Origin: Candidatus Cloacimonadales bacterium
GTDB lineage: Bacteria > Cloacimonadota > Cloacimonadia > Cloacimonadales > DAONDQ01
DNA length: 64,000 nucleotides
Direction of reading: 5' to 3'
Assembly: GCA_963662275.1 (NCBI GenBank)
Contig: OY759316.1
Coordinates: forward strand, 2,016,001 to 2,080,000
The notes below the pieces were generated by a model. That model saw nothing but the letters and a program-made list of their open reading frames with translations. It ran no database searches and was not told the origin of the DNA. Numbering within the stretch: the stretch's first letter is position 1; every line of letters starts with the position of its first letter. Below, in pieces: positions 1 to 9,148 of the stretch. Position numbers and translations under genes: made by a program.

Positions 1-164
1 TGACTTAAGTTGACAGGTGCACCAGTACCATTGAAAATCTCGATAGCTTTATTATTGCTTGAACCTTCGAGATATTCGGATATAAATAAATCAGTTGCTT
101 GAGCCATAACAAGGGTTGCCATACTCATTAACAAAATGCTAAGTAATAACGTTCTAATTTTCAT
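1..164 (-). CDS. Secreted lamin-tail-domain protein, N-terminal part (runs off window)
   Basis: Not in ORF track. Manual translation from ATG at 164 (GGAGG RBS upstream): [54 protein letters not shown] = signal peptide + LTD motif [17 protein letters not shown]. Confidence 0.8.
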   Translation of the reverse strand, partial: MKIRTLLLSILLMSMATLVMAQATDLFISEYLEGSSNNKAIEIFNGTGAPVNLS

Positions 165-194
165 TCTTACCTCCAAGGTGAGCTTAATCTATTG

Positions 195-1001
195 TCATTT
201 ATAAAAGTGATTTATTAATGTCAACAAAAAATAATATATGGGGACAGCCACTAATACGCTATCAAAACGATCCAGGATACCTCCATGTCCCGGAATCAGA
301 TTTGAACTATCTTTAATTCCTACATCTCGTTTCAGCATGGATTCAAAGAGATCACCCAACTGACCGAAGATTCCTGCAGCTAATCCAGCGGATATGATTT
401 GTTCTATAGTAAAAAAGCCAGGTTTAAAATAATGAAAAACTAAGAGGGCAACCAATGTAATGAGGAATCCTCCAAAGAATCCTTCCAATGATTTTTTAGG
501 ACTGGCGGTAAAAATATTACGATGCTTTCCAAAACACATACCAACGAAATAGGCAAATGTATCTGTGATCCAGCAGGCTACAAGAATGAGTATCAAAAGT
601 TTTGGACCGTGATCCAGCAAACTGATACGGTAAATTGCAGCCGGTAATAAGGCTGTATATAAAACAGCAAATGTACTGACTGAACCGCGGACAATACTGC
701 CGTCCAGTCTATTGAAGAAGAGGTCTCTGAAGAAGATGAAGAGAAATAGCAAAATAAGCGCAAAATATAGCTCAATACCTTGCATAAGTGCTGCAATCAG
801 AAGAAAGACAGCATTTAGAGGAATAAGTAGGCGAGAAAGTTTAATATTCTTCAGCAGCATCATGTTCCGCATTTCCCACATACCAAGAATTGATAGACAG
901 GTTAAGAATACTAAGAGGGGTATTTCTCCAAAATAAAAGATCAGGAGTAAAACAGGGGCAAAAATAAGGGCAACTGCAGTTCTTTTCAATAATTCCATCA
1001 A
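195..1001 (-). CDS. cdsA: Phosphatidate cytidylyltransferase
   Basis: Multi-TM protein with SPKKSLEG and GDLFESMLKRDVGIKDSSNLIPGHGGILDRFDS signature; follows uppS. Confidence 0.95.
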   Translation of the reverse strand: MMELLKRTAVALIFAPVLLLIFYFGEIPLLVFLTCLSILGMWEMRNMMLLKNIKLSRLLIPLNAVFLLIAALMQGIELYFALILLFLFIFFRDLFFNRLDGSIVRGSVSTFAVLYTALLPAAIYRISLLDHGPKLLILILVACWITDTFAYFVGMCFGKHRNIFTASPKKSLEGFFGGFLITLVALLVFHYFKPGFFTIEQIISAGLAAGIFGQLGDLFESMLKRDVGIKDSSNLIPGHGGILDRFDSVLVAVPIYYFLLTLINHFYK

Positions 1002-1732
1002 AGTGCTCCATATCTGCGATTACGTTTCTGGAATTCCAGAAGAGCTTCTAAAAATTCAAGCTTCCCAAAATCAGGCCATAATGTTTCTGTTACATAAAAC
1101 TCGCTATAAGCTGTCTGCCAGATAAGAAAATTGGATAAGCGCTGCTCACCGCTTGTACGAATTACAAAATCCGGATCAGGTATTGTTGCTGTGTAGAGAT
1201 AGGAATTGATCGTCTTTTCGGTGATTGGACTTTCTATCTTTTTTCCTGAATGAACATCATCTAAAATCAAATTAACTACATCCAGGATTTCCTGTCTGCC
1301 ACCATAATTGAAAGCTACATTCAGATTTAATCCCGTATTGTTCCAGGTAGGTCTGCATGTGTCATCCAACTTTGCCCAGAAGTCACTGTCAAGTTGAGAT
1401 CGACAACCAATGAAGCGCACAATGACATTATTCTTATCCAAGTCATCTATTTCTCTAATTAAAGTATCACGCAGCAATTTTAACAGTCCATTTACCTCAT
1501 CTTTCGGACGATTCCAATTTTCTGTGGAAAATGCATATACGGTCATATATTCAAGACCAATTTCCACCGCCGCTTCCACAACCTTGCGCAATGTCCTGGC
1601 ACCTTTGTGATGCCCATACAGTCGGTTTCGACGATGTTTCTTTGCCCATCTTCCATTTCCATCCATAATAATAGCTACATGATGGGGGAGATGAGCTTTA
1701 TCGAGTTTTAGAATCAGATCCTTGTATTCCAA
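998..1732 (-). CDS. uppS: Undecaprenyl diphosphate synthase (isoprenyl transferase)
   Basis: HVAIIMDGNGRWA, YAFSTENWNRP, IRTSGEQRLSNF motifs; TTG start with GGAG RBS. Confidence 0.95.
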   Translation of the reverse strand: MEYKDLILKLDKAHLPHHVAIIMDGNGRWAKKHRRNRLYGHHKGARTLRKVVEAAVEIGLEYMTVYAFSTENWNRPKDEVNGLLKLLRDTLIREIDDLDKNNVIVRFIGCRSQLDSDFWAKLDDTCRPTWNNTGLNLNVAFNYGGRQEILDVVNLILDDVHSGKKIESPITEKTINSYLYTATIPDPDFVIRTSGEQRLSNFLIWQTAYSEFYVTETLWPDFGKLEFLEALLEFQKRNRRYGAL

Positions 1733-1741
1733 ATGTTACTC

Positions 1742-2858
1742 CTAAACTTTCACTTTCTCAGCAGCAGACCATTTTAAATAGGCGTTCATGAAGCCATCCA
1801 GCTCTCCGTCCATAACAGAGGAAGTATTTCCATTCTCGAAATTCGTACGATGATCTTTCACCATCTGGTAGGGTTGGAATACATAGGAACGAATCTGGTT
1901 TCCCCAGCCAATCTCAGTTTTAGTATTTTCTAATGCCTGGCGTTCTTTATCACGTTTTTCCTCGTAATATTGGAAGAGCTTAGATTTTAGAATTTGCATT
2001 GCCTTTTCTCTGTTTTGTACTTGAGATCGTTCGTTTTGACAGTTCGCTACCAGGTTAGTTGGGAGATGAGTGATTCGAACTGCTGAATCTGTTGTATTAA
2101 CGTGCTGACCACCTGCACCACTGGAGCGATAAGTATCTATTTTCAGATCTTTTGCATCAATATCGATATCGATATCATCGTCCATCTCAGGTATAACGAA
2201 TACCGAGGCAAAGGAAGTTTGACGTTTTCCCTGGGCATTAAAGGGAGAAATTCTGACCAGGCGATGGATTCCTATTTCTGATTTAAGAAGACCATAAGCA
2301 AAATCACCATTCACTTCAATGGTTGCGCTTTTAATTCCTGCTTCTTCACCGGCTAGGATATCCACGATGGTAAATTTGTATTTATTCTTTTCTGCCCATC
2401 TGTTATACATTCGAAGCAGCATCTCTGCCCAGTCCTGTGCTTCCGTTCCTCCGGCACCGCCATGAATAGTCAAAATGGCATTATTATGATCGAATTTTCC
2501 ATTCAGGAGAAATTCAACTTCTATCTTATCAACTGTCTGTCGTATTTCATTCAATTTATCTACAGCTTCAGCGAAAAGAGATTCATTGAAGTCTTCATCA
2601 AGGAGAAGGATATATGTTTCTATTTCTTCTTGAATATCTTGAAGAGCTTTTTCATTTTGCATTTCGATTTGTAATACAGCTAACTCTTTTGTTGTCTTTT
2701 TAGCTTGATTTTGGTCATTCCAAAAATCTGGTTTGTGCAGTTCCTTTTCTAAAATCAGGATTTTTTCCTTCACAGAGGAAATGTCAAAGTAACCTCCGTA
2801 TCGTAAATATCCTTTCAATAATTTGTTCCGTTTCACGTTTATAATCAAATAATTCCAT
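1742..2858 (-). CDS. prfB: Peptide chain release factor 2, translated via +1 programmed frameshift
   Basis: GGQ and SPF motifs; true start ATG at 2858 (MELFDYKRETEQIIERIFTIRRLL) runs into CTT-TGA-C at 2789-2783 and continues in the +1 frame as DISSVKEK. Confidence 0.96.
2783..2797 (-). promoter_or_regulatory. RF2 autoregulatory +1 frameshift site (internal SD + CTT TGA C)
   Basis: Minus strand reads GGAGG-TTA-CTT-TGA-C, the canonical prfB shift cassette; CTT is codon 24. Confidence 0.95.
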
Positions 2859-2880
2859 CTTATCTCCTATGATTTGCTGA

Positions 2881-3100
2881 AGGTGTTAGGTGTTAGGTGT
2901 TAGGTGTTAGGTGTTAGGTGTTAGGTGTTAGGTGTTAGGTGTTAGTACACCTGTGCCCTGTACCCTGTACCCTGTACCCTGTACCCTGTACCCTGTACCC
3001 TGTACCCTGTACCCTGTACCCTGTACCCTGTACCCTGTACCCTGTACCCTGTACCCTGTACCCTGTACCCTGTACCCTGTACCCTGTACCCTGTACCCTG
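2881..3100. repeat. Two abutting heptamer tandem arrays: (AGGTGTT)9 and (TACCCTG)20
   Basis: 2881-2943 nine AGGTGTT; 2961-3100 twenty perfect TACCCTG; intergenic between the HD gene and prfB. Confidence 0.97.
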
Positions 3101-3104
3101 ATGT

Positions 3105-4253
3105 TCAGTGTTTCCAGGGAACAAGAAAATCTTTGATTTCTTCATTGTAATAGAAATCTGTCATTGTAGCGATAAAATCACGCACTTTCTCAGCATCAGA
3201 AAAAGAAGAAAGATATTGTTCATTCTTCTGATTCAGAAAATGCATATAGATCTTTGACTTCTGGTTTTTTGCCTCGATATCAGCCATGTATTTATCAAAA
3301 AGAAGACCCATTGTTCGGAAGATCACACCATTTGAATGCTTCACATTCGCATCAGTATAAATATGTTGATAATTGAATTTCTTAAGCTTGGCGAGATAAT
3401 AGGATGTCTGTTCATCAAAAGCAACTTGATCCTTCTCGAAACTATTCTGAATGACATTTTTTACTAACGCATCAATAATAAGACTATTCGTATTTCCTAG
3501 AAATGCTACGCAATCATCGGGTAATTCTTCTCGTTTCAGTATTTTCAAACGTATTGCATCTTCTATATCCTGTCCAATATATGCGATTGTATCAGTGATT
3601 CTAACAACGCAGCCTTCAAGTGTTGCCGGCATCCAATTTGTAGGAGTTCCATTTTTGATATTTTCTATATAGGTTTGAATATCCTCTTCTTTTTTTGCAC
3701 GATTAGGAACTAAAACCTGGTTATGAACTTCACCATCATGTGAAATAATACCATCTCGAACCTGGAAAGTCAGATTCAAACCTCTTCCTTTCCTGGAGAT
3801 ATGATCAACGATGTGCAAACTTTCAATATTATGATGAAATTCACCAATACTATAATTACGGCATACACTGCTTAAGGCTATTTCACCATCATGTCCGAAA
3901 GGAGCATGACCGAGATCATGTCCTAATGAAATTGCTTCGATCAATTCCAGGTTTAAACCCAGGAATTTTCCAATTGTCCTGGCAATCTGAGAAACGTAGG
4001 TTGTATGCAGATTACGGTTGGTCATTTCCTCATCGATCAGGTTACTAAAAGAAAAGACCTGTGTCTTTCCATGATACCGGCGATAAGCACCGCTGTAGAG
4101 AATTCTATCTCGATCAAGGGCAAAAGGTGCCCTGATATCATCATCGACTTCGACATTCAAACGCCAGGCTGAATCATCTTGGCAGGCGTATTTGGACATC
4201 GTGCTTTCATACATCGATTTTACTTTATTCTGTATTTCTGAAAAATCATACAT
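3105..4253 (-). CDS. HD-domain phosphohydrolase, dGTPase-like
   Basis: DRDRILYS..YRR..GKTQVF, RNLHT, LGHDLGHAPFGH.GE motifs; start moved to ATG 4253 after a GAGG RBS. Confidence 0.9.
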   Translation of the reverse strand: MYDFSEIQNKVKSMYESTMSKYACQDDSAWRLNVEVDDDIRAPFALDRDRILYSGAYRRYHGKTQVFSFSNLIDEEMTNRNLHTTYVSQIARTIGKFLGLNLELIEAISLGHDLGHAPFGHDGEIALSSVCRNYSIGEFHHNIESLHIVDHISRKGRGLNLTFQVRDGIISHDGEVHNQVLVPNRAKKEEDIQTYIENIKNGTPTNWMPATLEGCVVRITDTIAYIGQDIEDAIRLKILKREELPDDCVAFLGNTNSLIIDALVKNVIQNSFEKDQVAFDEQTSYYLAKLKKFNYQHIYTDANVKHSNGVIFRTMGLLFDKYMADIEAKNQKSKIYMHFLNQKNEQYLSSFSDAEKVRDFIATMTDFYYNEEIKDFLVPWKH

Positions 4254-4255
4254 GT

Positions 4256-4894
4256 TTACCTCGCTTTCCTGTATTGAAAGAAGCATGGTTCAAAGCCTTC
4301 CCTACGCTTTTCCATTTCAAAATATGTTTCTATATGGTCTTCATCAGCTATCTTCGAAATGTGCCCAGGATAGTTGGGAACAAAATCATTTCGTTTTGAG
4401 AACTGAGAAATAATCCATTGCTGATACCCCTGGTGATCCGTAGATAATTCTACTACTCCATCTCTGGAAAGCATGTAAGAAAGGCAGTCAATTAAATCCT
4501 GCTGGATTAACCTATTCTTGATATGTTTTCTCTTAGGCCAGGGATCAGGATGTTGAATATAGATTCGTTCCACAGACTTCTCCCTGATCTTTTCCTTGAT
4601 GCACACATCGACAAACAATTCAATCAGTCTAACATTTGGATGTTTTTCAAAATCCAGTTTTCTCAGGATTGAGACGACTCTTTTATGTTTTAATTCAATA
4701 CCTACGAAGTTTATCCCTGGATTTCTATAAGCTGCTTGCGACAGAAATTCACCTTTACCAGAGCCAATTTCCATGTGAACTGGATGGTCATTACCAAATA
4801 TTTGCTGCCAGTCAAGCGGTTCGGTAACTACTGAAGAGAGCATAAAAAAGTCACATTTCTGCTGATAATCAACTGGGATCTTTCTCATCATCAT
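4256..4894 (-). CDS. trmB: tRNA (guanine-N7)-methyltransferase
   Basis: EIGSGKGEF, PDPWPKRKH.KNRL, STDH, TYFE motifs. Confidence 0.92.
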   Translation of the reverse strand: MMMRKIPVDYQQKCDFFMLSSVVTEPLDWQQIFGNDHPVHMEIGSGKGEFLSQAAYRNPGINFVGIELKHKRVVSILRKLDFEKHPNVRLIELFVDVCIKEKIREKSVERIYIQHPDPWPKRKHIKNRLIQQDLIDCLSYMLSRDGVVELSTDHQGYQQWIISQFSKRNDFVPNYPGHISKIADEDHIETYFEMEKRREGFEPCFFQYRKAR

Positions 4895-5564
4895 CCTTGC
4901 TTATGATATTATTATCATGATTTTCATTTTTCACTTCTGCATCATCGTCATCATCATCAGCATCTTCATCGATAGGATCAACAGTTAATAGGTCAGGTTT
5001 CAAATGATAACGGCTGGCAATGGCATTAACTACTATATCCGTTAAGAGAAACCCAATACCAATTACGGCAAACAGCATGAATCCCATCCCAAAATCACTA
5101 TAGAACATATTTTTAGTGATATGATGATCTGTAAAAATGAGAAGCAGTGAAAACATGACGGTAAAAACAACTGCACCTGAAAGTGAGAAGGTCAGTGTAC
5201 GAATAGATCTGAAATCTTTATTTAGAAATATGTAACGGATACAAAGAGAAATTCCAGCAAGAAAGACAATTACAAGTAATAGATTCAATAAAAAGCTCAC
5301 ATCACTGAAGAGAAAGCTATGCCTGAGAGTGAACGTTTGAAAAATAGATACTATTAGGATATATCCCCATCCATAAAGCATCTTGAAGTTCTTTAAAATG
5401 AAAAGAAGTAATCCTAAAGATACGGTAAGTCCAATTAAAAATTTAGCATACGGGAAGAAATTTGCTGAACCGGATAAAATCATCATACCACCAAGTGTCG
5501 TTATCACAAGTGGTATCAGGATAAATAAAATCAGGCTGTATGCTATCAGTTGCTCTTGTTTCAT
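4869..5564 (-). CDS. Hypothetical multi-pass membrane protein with acidic C-terminal tail
   Basis: About six hydrophobic segments; GGAG RBS; co-oriented with trmB. Confidence 0.75.
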   Translation of the reverse strand: MKQEQLIAYSLILFILIPLVITTLGGMMILSGSANFFPYAKFLIGLTVSLGLLLFILKNFKMLYGWGYILIVSIFQTFTLRHSFLFSDVSFLLNLLLVIVFLAGISLCIRYIFLNKDFRSIRTLTFSLSGAVVFTVMFSLLLIFTDHHITKNMFYSDFGMGFMLFAVIGIGFLLTDIVVNAIASRYHLKPDLLTVDPIDEDADDDDDDAEVKNENHDNNIISKDDDEKDPS

Positions 5565-5685
5565 GTCTTAACTCCTTGTATTAGGAATATTCAAATTAAC
5601 CCAAAGAACACAATCGTAAATATTTATTTTCAGGCAAGGAGTTTTTATTTTGGACTACAATTTGGTATTACTGAGAGCGAATTCT

Positions 5686-5842
5686 AACCACGAAACACTT
5701 GAAATACACGAAAGAAGATTTTATTAAGGCTTTGCAACAAATTAACATTATATATAATTTCGTATCACTGAGTGATGCCATTTTCAGTTTCAAAGAATAT
5801 AATATCTGCTCTGCTTTCGTGTATTTCGTGTGTTTCGTGGTT
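5686..5842. repeat. 29-bp inverted repeat built of 9-mers (CACGAAAYA) enclosing ~100 bp
   Basis: 5686-5714 AACCACGAAACACTTGAAATACACGAAAG vs reverse complement of 5814-5842 AACCACGAAACACACGAAATACACGAAAG (27/29). Confidence 0.9.
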
Positions 5843-5856
5843 GATAAATCTGTTTT

Positions 5857-7725
5857 CTATATTTCTTTCAGATTCTCATCAATTCCTTTTCTGATTTCAT
5901 ACCAGTAATCCAGGGCTGCTTCCTTTTTATTTTCAGCAAAACGCTGCAGCCAATAGTCAAGACTTTCGTCTTTTACTCCCAATACCTCTTTCTGGCGTTT
6001 GAGATACTCGAGAACAAAATCCATATTTCTTTCTGCTACCCAAAAGACCGAAGTGTTACGGCAATTGATCCTGCGTGATGTAATGTGACTATTGAGTACA
6101 ATGTCATATTCCTTCCCATAAACAGATTCGATAATCTCAGGTAACATTTCTTCAGCCCAAGCCCGATGAAAACGGCAAACACCAAGATTATCCAGCATGA
6201 GTTCTGTCTTCATGCGATCAACATTCATTTTACCTAAAAGTCTTGGTGGAAAATACTGAGGTGCATAATGCATATAGTAACGCCCCATTGTCGGCATAGG
6301 GGAGAGGACGCCAGGTACCCAATATTGATTGGGAACCATCCACCCGCGACGGGCGAAGGAATTTATTATAAAGCTTTTCATTAATGGAAGTTTCTTTCTT
6401 CTTGCCAGGCGACGTGCAAAACTGCGTGCCCCTTCAATAACATCGATAGCTCTGTTTTCTCCCAGCATATTTTCCAGTATTCGACAACCGAGTTCAGCAT
6501 TATGAAGTGAATCTGTGACTGTATCAAAATTGCTTATATTCCAGTTTGGCTTGTTTTCCAGACCCAATTCATCCGGTGTTAAACTGCCTTCATCTAAACA
6601 CTCAAAGAGCCAACTGATCATGCCTCCAACAGAGATCGCATCGAAACCAAGAGTGTCAGCTTTATGGTTGAGGAGTTCTGCAGCCCTTTGGTCGAAAATC
6701 CCTGCCAAAGGTCCCATTGTTTGATACGGTTCATAATCCTTTTTATAGATTCCATTGCTTTTTTTACACACGGCGACGCATGGTTCTCCACAGGTTGCAA
6801 ATTGCTTTGTAGCTATGGTTTCTTCATTAAATTGCTTCAGGTAGTGATTCTTGATATGCTTTTCATGGAATGCTTTTCGTTCCTCTTCAGTCCAGTAGAT
6901 ACTTTTATAATTAAAAGCCAATAATGTTCCTGCATTAGTGGCATAGTTCACACCGAAAGTACCGCCTGTTTCGAAATCAGGATCAAAGCGATATTTCTTT
7001 GTTGCTTCGAAATCCTTCGCAAGCAGCTTTCTTTCATAACGTGCCTGGAACCATTCATCAGCGACTTTACAATCCCTAAAATCTTCATCGATATGCGTTC
7101 CACCGTAGATGATAGAACATATACCATGTTGCTGCAGGAGCTTTGAACCGAATCCGCCACGCCCTGCCCATGTATCGATGTAGGATTGTTTTCCATTCGT
7201 AATAGGTAATGAGACAATAGCTCCAATATCGGTATATTTAGCTGCAGGTCCAACTGCCAAGACACGAGGATCATGCTCATACTTCCCTTTATATCTTTCA
7301 AATGTATCATTTATTAAAGTGTAAACTCCATCTTTGTACCAAGAATCTTCAACATTAAAAGGTTGGATTTCCAATTCAATTTCTTCTCCACCTTGGCGAT
7401 TCAGTATCAGGATAGATGGAGTCGGTGCTTTGCCAATAATGGAGAGTATATTGATGCCAAGATTATCAAAGACTAATCCGGCTCCCCCCATAGATGAAAT
7501 ATAGAATCCACCCCAAGCTGGTGACATACCAGTAAAGATCAACCTATTAGAACCGGGGAAGATAGAACCGGCAAGTAATCCGGTTCCAATATTCAGGGAA
7601 TTATACTTTCCTGCCAGGTGAAGTCCCAAATCTACCGGTCCATAGAATGCTCCAAGAGGATAACGTTTCATTTTATAAAAACCTGTAGCTGCATCAACCA
7701 CCAAAACTTTAAGCGTATGATTCAT
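5857..7725 (-). CDS. Aldehyde:ferredoxin oxidoreductase family protein
   Basis: SPAWGGFYISSMGGAG, WAGRGGFG, DYEPYQTMG, ADTLGFDAISVG, DNLGVCRFHR motifs of the AFOR family; start set to ATG 7725 after GAGG. Confidence 0.85.
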   Translation of the reverse strand: MNHTLKVLVVDAATGFYKMKRYPLGAFYGPVDLGLHLAGKYNSLNIGTGLLAGSIFPGSNRLIFTGMSPAWGGFYISSMGGAGLVFDNLGINILSIIGKAPTPSILILNRQGGEEIELEIQPFNVEDSWYKDGVYTLINDTFERYKGKYEHDPRVLAVGPAAKYTDIGAIVSLPITNGKQSYIDTWAGRGGFGSKLLQQHGICSIIYGGTHIDEDFRDCKVADEWFQARYERKLLAKDFEATKKYRFDPDFETGGTFGVNYATNAGTLLAFNYKSIYWTEEERKAFHEKHIKNHYLKQFNEETIATKQFATCGEPCVAVCKKSNGIYKKDYEPYQTMGPLAGIFDQRAAELLNHKADTLGFDAISVGGMISWLFECLDEGSLTPDELGLENKPNWNISNFDTVTDSLHNAELGCRILENMLGENRAIDVIEGARSFARRLARRKKLPLMKSFIINSFARRGWMVPNQYWVPGVLSPMPTMGRYYMHYAPQYFPPRLLGKMNVDRMKTELMLDNLGVCRFHRAWAEEMLPEIIESVYGKEYDIVLNSHITSRRINCRNTSVFWVAERNMDFVLEYLKRQKEVLGVKDESLDYWLQRFAENKKEAALDYWYEIRKGIDENLKEI

Positions 7726-7781
7726 ATAGATACCTCTAAGGAAATAATATGTGATTATCATTAATTGTCAAGAAATGGAAC

Positions 7782-7810
7782 GTAGAGACGCCCTACACGG
7801 GCGTCTCTAC
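7782..7810. repeat. GTAG-type REP-like perfect palindrome
   Basis: GTAGAGACGCCC-tacac-GGGCGTCTCTAC, 12-bp perfect stem between the divergent AOR and ftsY genes. Confidence 0.8.
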
Positions 7811-7897
7811 AAAAATTGATTGACGCACTTCTCATATCCCGAATATCAACTTCAATCTAAGAAAGTAATATATAAATAGAAATATAGGAGCTAATGC

Positions 7898-8860
7898 ATG
7901 CTATCCTTTGTACGGAATTTACGAGAGAAATTAGCTAAAACGAAGAACAGTTTTGTTGGTAAAATTGCAGAAGCCATCAAGCTTCGTGGAAAAGTAGATG
8001 AAGAGTTGATGGAGGAGTTGGAAGAGATTCTGATTCGTTCAGATGTTGGTATCCAAATGAGTATGGATATTATAGAGAAACTGCGTGATGAAGTCAGGGT
8101 TCGTAAGATAACTGAAGTAGATATCGTCCAGGAAGCTCTGCAAAAGATCATGTCCGATATCATGATTCATGATTACGAAGAAAATGTACATGTCTTTGAT
8201 ATGGAAACTAAAAAACCTTTTATTATCCTATTTATCGGTGTGAATGGTGTGGGGAAGACCACTACCATTGGTAAATTAGCAAATCGCTTCCGTAAGGAAG
8301 GAAAGTCTGTCATGATTATTGCCGGTGATACATTCCGAGCTGCTGCCATTGAACAATTAGAGATTTGGGCACAAAGAGCAGGAGTTGTCATTATTAAAAG
8401 CCAATCAGGTGGCGATCCATCAGCGATTATTTATGATGGGATCAGTTCAGCGATCAGCAAGAAAATAGATGTCGTATTAATTGATACTGCCGGAAGACAG
8501 CATAATAAATTCAACCTCATGAATGAACTTGAAAAAATCTACAGAACCATTCAGAAATTGCTTCCGGAAGCTCCTCATGAAACTTTACTTGTTGTGGATG
8601 CTACTACCGGTCAGAATGCTATATCCCAGGCAACAACCTTTAATAAACTCATTCCCTTAACCGGATTAGTTCTCGCCAAATTGGATGGTACAGCGAAAGG
8701 CGGTATTGTTCTCAGTATTAAGCATGAGCTTTCTATACCTGTTAAATTGATTGGAATAGGCGAAAGTATTGATGATCTGCGGGATTTTGATGTTCGGGAA
8801 TTTGTTGATGCTATGTTCACAATGACAGGGGAAGAATCAGAGAATTCTTCTGAAGATTAA
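7898..8860 (+). CDS. ftsY: Signal recognition particle receptor FtsY (NG domain, no long acidic region)
   Basis: GVNGVGKTTTIGKLA, DTFRAAA, DTAGR, KLDGTAKGG motifs. Confidence 0.96.
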   Translation: MLSFVRNLREKLAKTKNSFVGKIAEAIKLRGKVDEELMEELEEILIRSDVGIQMSMDIIEKLRDEVRVRKITEVDIVQEALQKIMSDIMIHDYEENVHVFDMETKKPFIILFIGVNGVGKTTTIGKLANRFRKEGKSVMIIAGDTFRAAAIEQLEIWAQRAGVVIIKSQSGGDPSAIIYDGISSAISKKIDVVLIDTAGRQHNKFNLMNELEKIYRTIQKLLPEAPHETLLVVDATTGQNAISQATTFNKLIPLTGLVLAKLDGTAKGGIVLSIKHELSIPVKLIGIGESIDDLRDFDVREFVDAMFTMTGEESENSSED

Positions 8861-8869
8861 GGAGATTAC

Positions 8870-9148
8870 ATGAAAAAACTCAAATGGCTTCGTATCCTGA
8901 ATATTTTTGTTGTACTTGGTTTTCTGACAGCAGCTATAAGCATAATACTGGATATATATTTCCATGTGCAGCTTTTTAACGATGGTGAGATGCTTGTCAA
9001 AATTCATATGCTTGCCGGTAAGATATTAATTATCCTCATAGTTCTGCATTTGATCCTTAATTGGAATTGGATTCAAACGCAATATCTGAAGAAAAAGAAA
9101 CAAGCTCCATTGCCAAAATCAAAACCATCATCTAAAAAAACTAAGTAA
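8870..9148 (+). CDS. Small membrane protein, DUF4405-like
   Basis: Two TM helices with H..AG.....L..LHL.LNW.WI pattern. Confidence 0.65.
   Translation: MKKLKWLRILNIFVVLGFLTAAISIILDIYFHVQLFNDGEMLVKIHMLAGKILIILIVLHLILNWNWIQTQYLKKKKQAPLPKSKPSSKKTK

Noticed and set aside
2932..3150. ORFs with PVPCTLY / GTGYRVQ repeats
   Set aside because: Artefacts of translating the stop-free heptamer array; no RBS and open on both strands.
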